From NCBI GenBank assembly GCA_002269645.1, contig NIVC01000494.1:496001-560000 (forward strand): a DNA stretch of 64,000 nt, in the 5' to 3' direction. Below, piece by piece: positions 11,890 through 22,569 of the stretch (positions are counted from its first letter, which is position 1; each line of letters begins with the position of its first letter). The position numbers were made by a program, and so were the translations under genes. Origin of the DNA: Macrostomum lignano. Taxonomy: Eukaryota. The notes below the pieces were generated by a model. That model was not told the origin of the DNA and made no database searches. It worked only from the letters and a program-made list of their open reading frames with translations.

Positions 11890-14800
11890 TCAGAGACTAT
11901 TCGTACTAGCGCTGCTCTGGAAGCCAACATTAACAGACAGACTAGAAGCAGCTGTTGCCGCGGCTTCAGCCGGAGGCGCCGAGGCCAGCAAAGCTTCGTC
12001 AGAGTTGAGCGTAGGCAGGTACAGATCCTCCATGTTGGGCAGCACGAACACGCGATGAAATTCAGCTACGAGTTTCTTAGAGATCAGGTCGGAAATTTTC
12101 CTAGCCGTGAATTCTTTCTCGCCAATCTTCGGCCTGGAGGTGAGCACCAGCTGCGGCACGGGGTGGAAGGCTACCCACACTCTATCGGACGGCGGGAACG
12201 GCATGTTTAGCACCAGGGTGCCGCGCAGAGAGTGAACGTCTACTGACAGTAGTATCCTGGTGTTGCTAACCGAGTCGACGGCTTTGCGAAAGAATTTGTA
12301 TTTGCCTGTAAATGCAGTGCGTTTATAGCTTGGAGCATATGCTGATGAAGACTGCTTGGATTAGCCCTACTTCTTAGAATTGGAAGGGCGATTCTCATAG
12401 CGACTGGAGAGAGGGCGATTCTCATAGTGATTTAAGAGAGGGCGATTCTCATAGCGATTGAAAAGAGGGCGATTCTCATAGCGATTGGAGAGAGGGCGAT
12501 TCTCATAGCGATTGAAGAGAGGGCGATTCTCATAGCGATTGGAGAGAGGGCAATTCTCATAGCGATTGGAAAGGGCGATTCTCATGGCGATTGGAAAGAG
12601 GGCGATTCTCATAGCGACTGGAGAGAGGGCGATTCTCATAGCGATTGGAGAGAGGGCAATTCTCATAGCGACTGGAGAGAGGGCGATTCTCATAGCGATT
12701 GGAGGGAGGGCGATTCTCATAGCGACTGGAGAGAGGGCGATTCTCATAGCGATTGGAGGGAGGGCGATTCTCATAGCGATTGAAGAGGGCGTTTCTCATA
12801 GCGATTGGAGAGAGGGCGATTCTCATAGCGACTGGAGAGAGGGCGACTCTCGTAGCGATTGGAGAGAGGGCGATTCTCATAGAGATTGAAAAGAGGGCGA
12901 TTCTCATAGCGATTGGAAAGAGGGCAATTCTCATAGAGATTGAAAAGAGGGCGATTCTCATAGCGATTGGAAAGAGGGCGATTCTCATAGCGATTCTTAG
13001 AGAAGCTCTAAATATCGATTTTCAAAGCAATCACACTGCATATTTGAAGCAGGCCTTCAAATCTCACCCATCAGATGGTGGAACTTCTCAGACTGGGCCA
13101 CCTTATCAATAAACTTGATCACTTTGCGCGAATGCTTTCCGCCGACATTGCCAAGCGCTGGATCGTCTGTGTCGGAATCTGCGTCGCTCTGGCCACCGGA
13201 CTCGTCAGTGGTGGACTCGCCAGAGTCTTCCATCTCGGAGTTGGTGGCAGCCAGGCGTTGCGGAATCGAGTCGGTGAACGGGCAGGGACCGGCGCCGGGC
13301 GAGGAGGCCGCAGTTGATGGCGGCGGCGAAGGCGCTAAGGCGATGGAATCGGCCGAGGCTGAGGAGACGACCCTGCATTAAAATATCATAATTATTACCA
13401 ACCCAAGTTTGCTTTTACAAGCTCGCTTTCAGAAGAATGAAACTTTACGAACTTCACAATCTTCAATCTTCCTGAACTCTAATCTTCACAAACTGCAATC
13501 TTCACAAACTCTAATCTTCACAAACTCTAATCTTCACAAACTCCAATCTTCACAAACTGAAATCTTCACAAACTGCAATCTTCACAAACTCTAATCTTCA
13601 CAAACTCCAATCTTCACAAACCCCAATCTTCACAAACGCCAATCTTCACAAACGCCAATCTTCACAAACTCCAATCTTCAATCTTCACAAACTCCAATAT
13701 TCACAAACTCCAATCTTCACAAACTCCAATCTTCACAAACTCCAATCTTCACAAACTCCAATCTTCACAAACTCCAATTTTCACAAACTCCAATCTTCAC
13801 AAAATCCAATCTTCACAAAATCCAATCTTCAATCTTCACAAACTCCAATCTTCACAAACTCCAATCTTCACAAACTCCAAACTTCACAAACTCCAATCTT
13901 CACAAACTCCAATATTCACAAACTCTAATCTTCACAAAATCCAATCTTCAATCTTCACAAACTCCAATCTTCACAAACTCCAATCTTCACAAACTCCAAT
14001 CTTCACAAACTCCAATCTTCACAAAATCCAATCTTCACAAAATCCAATCTTCAATCTTCACAAACTCCAATCTTCACAAACTCCAATCTTCACAAACTCC
14101 AATCTTCACAAACTCCAATCTTCACAAACTCCAATCTTCACAAAATCCAATCTTCACAAAATCCAATCTTCAATCTTCACAAACTCCAATATTCACAAAC
14201 TCCAATCTTCACAAACTCTAAGCTTCACAAACTCCAATATTCACAAACTCCAATCTTCACAAACTCCAATCTTCACAAACTCCAATCTTCACAAAATCCC
14301 ATTTTCAATCTTCACAAACTCCAATATTCACAAACTCCAATCTTCACAAACTCCAATATTCACAAACTCCAATCTTCACAAACTCCAATCTTCACAAACT
14401 CCAATCTTCACAAACTCCAATCTTCACAAACTCCAATATTCACAAACTCCAATCTTCACAAACTCCAATCTTCACAAACTCCAATCTTCACAAACTCCAA
14501 TATTCACAAACTCCAATCTTCACAAACTCCAATCTTCACAAACTCCAATCTTCACAAACTCCAATCTTCACAAACTCCAATCTTCACAAACTCCAATCTT
14601 CACAAACTCCAATCTTCACAAAATCCAATCTTCAATCTTCACAAACTCCAATCTTCACAAACTCTAAGCTTCACAAACTCCAATATTCACAAACTCCAAT
14701 CTTCACAAACTCCAATCTTCACAAACTCTAATCTTCACAAACTCCAATCTTCACAAACTCCAATCTTCACAAACTCCAATCTTCACAAACTCCAATCTTC

Positions 14801-17800
14801 ACAAACTCCAATCTTCACAAACTCCAATCTTCACAAAATCCAATCTTCACAAAATCCAATCTTCAATCTTCACAAACTCCAATCTTCACAAACTCCAATC
14901 TTCACAAACTCCAATCTTCACAAACTCCAATCTTCACAAACTCCAATCTTCACAAAATCCAATCTTCACAAAATCCAATCTTCAATCTTCACAAACTCCA
15001 ATATTCACAAACTCCAATCTTCACAAACTCTAAGCTTCACAAACTCCAATATTCACAAACTCCAATCTTCACAAACTCCAATCTTCACAAACTCCAATCT
15101 TCACAAAATCCCATTTTCAATCTTCACAAACTCCAATATTCACAAACTCCAATCTTCACAAACTCCAATATTCACAAACTCCAATATTCACAAACTCCAA
15201 TATTCACAAACTCCAATCTTCACAAACTCCAATCTTCACAAACTCCAATCTTCACAAACTCCAATCTTCACAAACTCCAATATTCACAAACTCCAATCTT
15301 CACAAACTCCAATCTTCACAAACTCCAATCTTCACAAACTCCAATATTCACAAACTCCAATCTTCACAAACTCCAATCTTCACAAACTCCAATCTTCACA
15401 AACTCCAATCTTCACAAACTCCAATCTTCACAAACTCCAATCTTCACAAACTCCAATCTTCACAAACTCCAATATTCACAAACTCCAATATTCACAAACT
15501 CCAATATTCACAAACTCCAATCTTCACAAACTCTAAGCTTCACAAATCCCAAACTGCAAACTTCACAAAGTGCAAACGCCAGACTCAAAGCTGCGACTCA
15601 CCTGGCCCCAGCAGCGGACTCCTCGTGCCCGCCTGTCTGGGCCCCACCCCGCCCCTGCAGGCGATGCAGATTGATCCGAGTAACCAGACTGGCCGAGCAG
15701 CCTCCAGGATAGTCAATGTCCAGATGGAACCAGATGCCCCTGTCATTAATATGCGGCTTATGCAGTTTCCTCAGCACTGGCAGAGCGCTGCCCACGTGCA
15801 CAGCGTCAACGCTAAGCTCTTCAATAAAGTAGGGCAGGCGAATCTTTTTCAGACGGGCGTCCATCTTGGCCTTGATGAGGTCGGCCCAGTAGGGGGTGCG
15901 GAACACGTCCCAGGTGGCCCGCTGTAGCAGGGCGTTGAGAAAGTTCAGCTCGGGCTTGTCCGCGCTGCCCAGCTGCACCTCGGAGATGTCGGCAAATCGA
16001 GTGAAGGCAGCGGCGTACTCTGAGTAGCGCTTGGCCTGCAGGGGGGGGGGACAAGCGAGGACTTTGTTCACTAATCTACTTGTAGTAGAAATATATGGAA
16101 ATTAATCTAATAATTTAATCGGGGAATGAAAAGAAACCAGAGAAACAAGAGAAGGTTGTAGCTCAGTGGTAGCAGCGTCGAATTCACAAGTAAAAGTTCG
16201 GGGTTCGATTCTCGAGCCTACTCGGAAAATTTGTATTTGAACATTTGAAACTTAATATTAATAATAATAATAATTGATAACACCTTTCCTAATTGGCAGA
16301 TGTGCAACCGACAGCTCAGTTGCAGCTATTGCGCGGCGCATCTGAAGGCTGCGTACGGCTGTTCAGTCCAAGGACTGGGGGGTCGCCACGCACACCCTCA
16401 ATTACCCCAGCTAATGCTGGCACCCATTTTACAGCTGGGTGAACTGCAGCAATGCAGAGTTAAGTATCTTGCTCAAGGACACAAATTTTTGGATCGGGAA
16501 TCGAACCCCCGACCTTCGAGTCGTGAGTCCGACGCTCTAAACCATTGGGCTAGAACCCCTAAAGATACTTAAGATACTGAACTCTCTGCATTGCTTCAGT
16601 TCACCCAGCTGTAAAATGGGTGCCAGCATTAGCTGGGGTAATTGAGGGTGTGTGGCGACCCCCATAGTCAGTGGCAGCGGCCCAGGCTCGATTCCAAGTG
16701 CAGTCACATTAATTTTTTGGTCTAAATTAGAATCTCGGCTTGGCTCTGCTTGTGCAATTAACAGCTTTGAGGGCCAACCCCCAAGGCACAGTGAAGTGTA
16801 CATGCCTAACGATAAATAAAGTTAGGGGCCGCTGTACACTCCTGTGTGAGTGTGTGCCTGTACTTGTGTAAAGATGTTTAAAGTGCGCCAGGGTGTAATA
16901 AAAGTACTTTCCCGCAATGTCTATCCTTGAATAATCAGGATTAAAGCATCTCAGCCTTACCTGATCGCCAAAGCTAGACAAAGTAGATCTTCCAGTTGCG
17001 CCGCCAGCACTGGGATCTGTCACAGCAGATTTGTACAGACTCTCCGCCTGCGGCAGGCCATTACAGGCAGCGTACAGGCGCCTGTACCAGAGCTCTTTCT
17101 CGCGAGAAGTTCTAGCAAACAAGTACAGATCGCGTTGTACACAATCGGATGCTTGAACTTGTTCAAATTTCGTATCTGATTTACCAGTAGATACAAAAGT
17201 CTTTGCGGGAGAGTTACTAGCCAATACTACATGAATAGGATATTTTTTAGACCACAGCCGTTTCCTAACCAGGCCTACCGGCTGCAGCCGCAGTTTAGCA
17301 TTGGCCAAATCAAATTCTCTTGTATCTGAGAAGCTCAGCATATCCGGATTGATTAACTCGTCCGAGTAAAGAACTCGTTTAGGCACCGACTGTTGCGGAC
17401 GTTTCAAGGTCAACTGCCGACCATCCAAGCTAGCATAGACAGTGAAGGTGTGGTTCAAATGATGCCGCTCAACATCGTAACTCCAGCACTCGTTGAGAAA
17501 TCCGTCTAAGCTTCGATTAGTCTGTTGCTGCTTCCGTGAGCATCTGGCAGCAGCTGCCGCAGGCGATGTTGCCGCAATAGCCGCAGTTAGAACGCTAGCC
17601 CGAGGATTACGGCAATACTTCACTCCGGTGTAGTGCACCACAACAGGCCTATTGGCTAGAAACTCAAGGTAGAAGTACACTAGTAGACAGCAGGTGAGAG
17701 AGCAGCCAATCACCAGGCCTTTAGCCAGATCGGGCAGTGGCAGAGGTGTGGCCAGCACAATAGACAGCGCCGCTGCTAGCAGAGTGAATAGCAGAGGCAA

Positions 17801-19161
17801 TTTCTGAGCCAGCGGATTCGGTGGCGGAGCATCTGTGCGAATAACTCGAACATCCGGCTGGCTGGACTCATCTGGGCTGAATGGCCACGGCTCTGGAGCT
17901 GCTGCTGGCAGCTGGGCGCCTGAAGATGCAGCTACGGGGGTTCGCTCCTGTGATGGTGGGTTAGGCGGGAAAATTTTAGACTGTAGGCGTGGATTTAAAT
18001 ATAGGCTTATGGGGTAGAGGATATCCATGTAAAGTTAAGAACAGGTTTCCGCTATCTCTATCTATTATATAACCTCTATCTTAGAATAGAGGTTCAGGCA
18101 TAGCTTCAAGGTTGGGTTCAGGCATAGCTTCAAGGTTGGGTTCAGGCATAGCTTCAGGGTTGGGTTCAGGCATAGCTTCAGGGTTGGGTTCAGGCATAGC
18201 TTCAGGGTTGGGTTCAGGCATAGCTTCAGGGTTGGGTTCAGGCATAGCTTCAGGGTTGGGTTCAGGCATAGCTTCAGGGTTGGGTTCAGGCATAGGTTCA
18301 GTGTTGGGTTCAGGAATAGGTTCAGGGTTGGGTTCAGGAATAGGTTCAGGGTTGGGTTCAGGCATAGGTTCAGGGTTGGGTTCAGGCATAGGTTCAGGGT
18401 TGGGTTCAGGCATAGGTTCAGGGTTGGGTTCAGGCATAGGCTCAGTGTTGGGTTCAGGCATAGGTTCAGGGTTGGGTTCAGGCATAGGTTCAGGGTTGGG
18501 TTCAGGCATAGGCTCAGTGTTGGGTTCAGGCATAGGTCAGGGTTTGGTTAAGTTCAGGCTTAGCTTACGAATGGACAGTTTCAGATATAGATTTTTCGAA
18601 TTATAGTTCATGGTTGGGGTTTAAGATTCAGAGCTCTGTATACACGGGTTCTCGGGTTCAGAAAATATCCCAAAGTCCTGGCAGCAGCAATCTAACCTCA
18701 TGGTCATCCTCTTCAAGCTCGTCATTCTCTTCAACATCGGCATCGAGATTGTCACTGCCGATGAGGGGTTTGCTAGAATCGGTGGCAATTTTAGATGGCG
18801 CAGAAGAAGACAGCGACAGCGGAGGAGGTGGGGGCGGTGGAGGCTGAGACGGCGGCGGCGGTGGCGGCGAAGAAGATGGCGGAGGCTGGGCAGCAGTGGC
18901 AACAGCCGATTGACGAGCGAAGGCGCTTGGCGGCCGCGGCTTCGTCTGCGGTTTCGGCACCGCGTTGAGCAAGTCTTCAAACGAGCCGCCGCCGCCAACG
19001 CCTGTCTTTCCAGAAGTTGCGGCTGGCTGCTGATGCCTCGGCGGCGAAGATGACGGCGAAAAGTCCATGTCATCGTCATCGCCGGTGTCGCGCAGTGCAG
19101 AGAATTTAAATGTCTGGCTGCTCAAACCGCCGCCAGAAGCTGCTTTACGCCGACTGTCCAT
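11890..19161 (-). CDS. TEX2: Testis-expressed protein 2-like ER lipid-transfer tether (TM pair, PH-like, SMP domain); exons 19161-18697, 17980-16961, 16035-15602, 13372-13068, 12305-11890
   Basis: All four introns are GT-AG with matching phases (0,0,2,1). Motifs include [89 protein letters not shown] and [51 protein letters not shown]...VLPNMEDL. These match TEX2/Nvj2. An alternative phase-0 acceptor for exon 2 about 33 nt downstream is possible. Confidence 0.92.
12385..12998. repeat. 27-bp minisatellite (GCGATTCTCATAGCGATTGGAGAGAGG) in TEX2 intron 4
   Basis: About 22 copies; gives 9-aa repeat ORFs (MRIALSPIA). Confidence 0.95.
13447..15570. repeat. 16-bp satellite (TCTTCACAAACTCCAA) filling TEX2 intron 3
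   Basis: About 130 copies, with an internal 812-bp higher-order duplication. Confidence 0.95.
16154..16663. mobile_element. Nested SINEs: + strand copy (16154-16240 and 16568-16663) interrupted by a full-length - strand copy (16253-16560)
   Basis: The - copy has a tRNA-like head (TAGCCCAATGG A box, GGTTCGATTCC B box), the body and an (TTA)n tail. The flanks are the 5' head and the central segment of the same family on the + strand. Confidence 0.8.
18085..18536. repeat. 24-bp minisatellite in TEX2 intron 1 (TTCAGGGTTGGGTTCAGGCATAGG)
   Basis: About 19 copies; gives the PEPNPEAM and GSGIASGL ORFs because the unit is a multiple of 3. Confidence 0.9.
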
Positions 19162-19866
19162 TTCCGACTAGCCCTATACAAAAATATCCTTACTTAGCTA
19201 TTTACGCTACTAACAGTAGAGTAGAATAGAAAGCGCGTCTTGTGTCTGCCGGGAAAAATTACGAAAAAAAACAATAAATTACAATTCCGGCGGCTGAAAT
19301 TGAAACGTTTGATCAAGTAGATAGAATTGCCGCCAGACACAAAACATACAATCCAGATCTTCTAAGCCTAAAAATCCATGGTTCTTAGTTTTTATACTAC
19401 TAACTAAGGCACTTTCCAATCCAGATACTAATCCCTGGTGCAACGCAACGCCTTTGGCGACATCATTCCACAGCACCAGCACATACAAGCGCGCCAATAC
19501 TCCATGGACCTTTTAGTTGCATTTATTCCTATCGAATAATTCATTGATCAAGAAGTCAAAACACAGTGTCTGATGGCAATAAAAGTGCATAAATCGTTTA
19601 TTGATCAATTTAAAGTCTAATAAATAAACTTGGATAACCCATATTTCTATTTAACTATTACTATGACGATGCCTCGTAACCATAGAAACCGGGGCTCTCA
19701 CCTGTTCTCACAAGGACAGTTTGTGAATTTATGATACACATTAGAATTCTAGTTGCTTGAGTGTGTGCCAACTACAACTAAAAGAAAAAGTCGTGGCTAT
19801 CATTAATCCATCATGTATTAACGAAGGCTATTTGTCTCTCTATGCTCATTCTGATGCAGTTCAATT

Positions 19867-20174
19867 TTAAGGCTCCTTGCCGTCGAAAAACTTCCCCAGA
19901 AAATCTGTCGGTTTGGGCGAAACAGTCTGCTTGAAGTAGTCCATCACGTGAGTCTTCTGCTTCCACATGTGAGCGGTTTCCACCAGTTCCATCTGGCCCT
20001 GCAGTTGCGGAAATTGATTGACAGATGGCTGGTTAGGCTACAGGAGACAGACGGCCAAATACAGCAATGCTGTGCACAGGCGGACAAACAGAAAACTGAC
20101 AAACAGACAGACAGATAAAGTCAGTCACAGAGAGACAGATCTTTACATGCGGACTGAAAACATGGCATATTTAT

Positions 20175-20213
<39 letters not shown>

Positions 20214-20321
20214 GGCAGGCAGACACTAAGACAGCTAGACAGACACACTAAGACAGATAGAAGACAGACACTAAGACAAACAGACAGACAGTCACTAGGA
20301 CAGACAGACAGACCGACACTA

Positions 20322-20362
<41 letters not shown>

Positions 20363-20586
20363 GGCAGGCAGGCAGGCAGACAGACAGACAGACAGACAGA
20401 CAGGCAGGCAGGCAGACAGACAGACAGGCAGGCAGACAGACAGACAGACAGACAGACAGACAGGCAGACAGACAGACAGACAGGCAGACACTAAGACAGC
20501 TAGACAGACACACTAAGACAGATAGAAGACAGACACTAAGACAAACAGACAGACAGTCACTAGGACAGACAGACAGACCGACACTA

Positions 20587-20619
<33 letters not shown>

Positions 20620-20747
20620 GGCAGACAGACAGACAGACAGGCAGGCAGACACTAAGACAGCTAGACAGACACACTAAGACAGATAGAAGACAGACACTAA
20701 GACAAACAGACAGACAGTCACTAGGACAGACAGACAGACCGACACTA

Positions 20748-20800
<53 letters not shown>

Positions 20801-21021
20801 GGCAGGCAGGCAGACAGACAGGCAGACAGACAGGCAGGCAGACAGACAGACAGACAGGCAGACAGACAGACAGACAGACAGACAGGCAGGCAGACAGACA
20901 GACAGACAGACAGGCAGACAGACAGGCAGGCAGACACTAAGACAGCTAGACAGACACACTAAGACAGACACTAAGACAAACAGACAGACAGTCACTAGGA
21001 CAGACAGACAGACCGACACTA

Positions 21022-21054
<33 letters not shown>

Positions 21055-21405
21055 GGCAGGCAGGCAGGCAGGCAGACAGACAGGCAGGCAGACAGACAGA
21101 CAGGCAGACAGACAGACAGACAGGCAGACAGACACTAAGACGGACGAGCTCACCTTAGCAACCAGTAGATCAATAACTCGGATATCGTTGACCTGGCGAT
21201 ACTTCTCGAAGTTCTCCCGCAGCTTCCTCCTGCACATTGGCAATGTCAATGGCACATCGTACTCCCTGATGATGTAGGGCAGCTGGCGGAACCAGGCTCT
21301 GTAGAGGTTCAACACTCGACGACGGGCGTCCTCACTGGTAGCTGAGAAGACCGGCTTTGCCTCCTTGACAGCCTGCCGGATAAGGGTGCCGCCTGTGCTA
21401 GACAT
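19867..21405 (-). CDS. NDUFA6: NADH dehydrogenase 1 alpha subcomplex subunit 6 (LYR family), exons 21405-21154 and 19998-19867 (127 aa)
   Basis: [14 protein letters not shown] motif, then [24 protein letters not shown]|[22 protein letters not shown]...[11 protein letters not shown]. Phase-0 GT-AG intron. AATAAA on the - strand near 19600. Confidence 0.95.
20165..21145. repeat. (GACA/GGCA)n compound microsatellite in the NDUFA6 intron
   Basis: GACA runs interleaved with a ~105-bp block (CACTAAGACAGCTAGAC...GACCGACACTAAGAGA) present four times, the last copy shortened. Confidence 0.95.
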
Positions 21406-21859
21406 TAGGCATGGGGGCAGTTCGGGTAGCTGTGTTGCAAGGGCACGCAGTTAACCTTATTGACCTACCTATTTATTATTTCAATTATTTCAAATGTAGA
21501 TAACATATATACTTAGTGAAGTTTAAATATTAAATATTTCACTGTAAAGTGGGTTAAAAATAGCACTATTTGGTTTGCTTTTATAACAAAAAATACCCAT
21601 TTAAAAGTTTAACAGTTTAGATCAATCTAATCTAATCTAATTTATATAAGTGTAGTGATCCGCTAGTTGATGTTGGGCGTCCCACTTTGTCAGCAGTCTC
21701 CCTCGCCCTCGCCCTGGGTTGCTGTCCGCCGCTGGTCAGCTTCCCGCCCCCCCCCCCGCCCCCCCCCCTTGGCCTGTTCTGCCCTTCTGCGTCTCTGTTC
21801 TCAGTCCTTAGCTTCTCTGCTGTGGGCTGTCTCTGTTTCGTTCCCGTCCCGTTTTCCTC

Positions 21860-22548
21860 TGTCATGTGAGCAAGTCACACGACAGACTCTGCGTTCTTCG
21901 AGTCCTAAAGTGCAGTAAACATGTTTACTGCACTCGTTGGCCCTGTTTACCGGGAGAATCACGTGCTTTTGGACCCCTCCCTTCTCTGGGGAGAGGAGTG
22001 ACTCATGTTGCTAAAAATAGCACTCTGGCCGGAGACCTCAAGTGACGTCAGTTCTAAAAATAGAACAAGTCACGAGGTCTTGTGCGTGGGTGTTTCCTGG
22101 CTATAGCCTATAAATAGGATCCCTCTCCCCTTGTTTCTGTCAAGGCTTCTTATCTGCGGAGAATTCACTAAGATCCCGTGTGCGTCAGTGTCTAACTAAG
22201 TGCCCTTTGCGTATACTGAATCCGTTTGTACTGGTCTGACTGAGACCCCACTAAAGCCCAAGCCTAAGGGAGGCTAACACTGCCTTCCCAGCCACCCCTG
22301 AGCCCGGCGGGGATCTGCTGATCAGGACGCCTTGTTCATTAATCTGCAAATCTGCACACTGTGCTGAGTTCGTTGACTTGTTTATTTTGTTCCGACGGGA
22401 AGCTCACCTCACCGAAGGCCAAGACCTGAAGGAACTGGTGGCAGCACTACCTACGCTACTGAGAGTTGAGAGAACTTCCCACTGAAGAGGCTCGAGTCTT
22501 AAGGTAATTTTAAGCGCCTAAACTGGGAAGAAACACCATTCTATAACA
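21860..22548 (+). mobile_element. LTR (TGT...ACA) of a Gypsy-type retrotransposon; internal region absent
   Basis: Ends in ATAACA at 22548, directly followed by a PBS. Contains a TATA-like CTATAAATA near 22108. The left boundary (TGTCA at 21860) is less certain. Confidence 0.7.
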
Positions 22549-22549
22549 T

Positions 22550-22569
22550 TGGTGGCAGCGGTGGGATTC
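22550..22569 (+). promoter_or_regulatory. Primer-binding site complementary to the 3' end of tRNA-Leu
   Basis: TGGTGGCAGCGGTGGGATTC is the reverse complement of GAATCCCACCGCTGCCACCA, the 3' end of eukaryotic tRNA-Leu including CCA. Confidence 0.8.

Noticed and set aside
13115-13381. + strand 88-aa ORF and other + ORFs over TEX2
   Set aside because: They are antisense shadows of TEX2 exons; the - strand frame splices in phase and carries the TEX2 motifs.
16154-16225. tRNA-like sequences (also 16490-16560, 47500-47586, 56810-56889)
   Set aside because: The cloverleaf stems are broken and each is attached to the SINE body, so they are SINE heads, not tRNA genes.
18081-18606. PEPNPEAM / GSGIASGL repeat ORFs resembling procyclin or TonB linkers
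   Set aside because: They come from a 24-bp VNTR inside TEX2 intron 1. No convincing flanking splice sites, and exons 1 and 2 already join in phase.
21746-21769. Poly-C tract as a polypurine tract for the adjacent LTR
   Set aside because: It is pyrimidine on the LTR strand and about 90 bp away; the PBS shows this is a 5' LTR.
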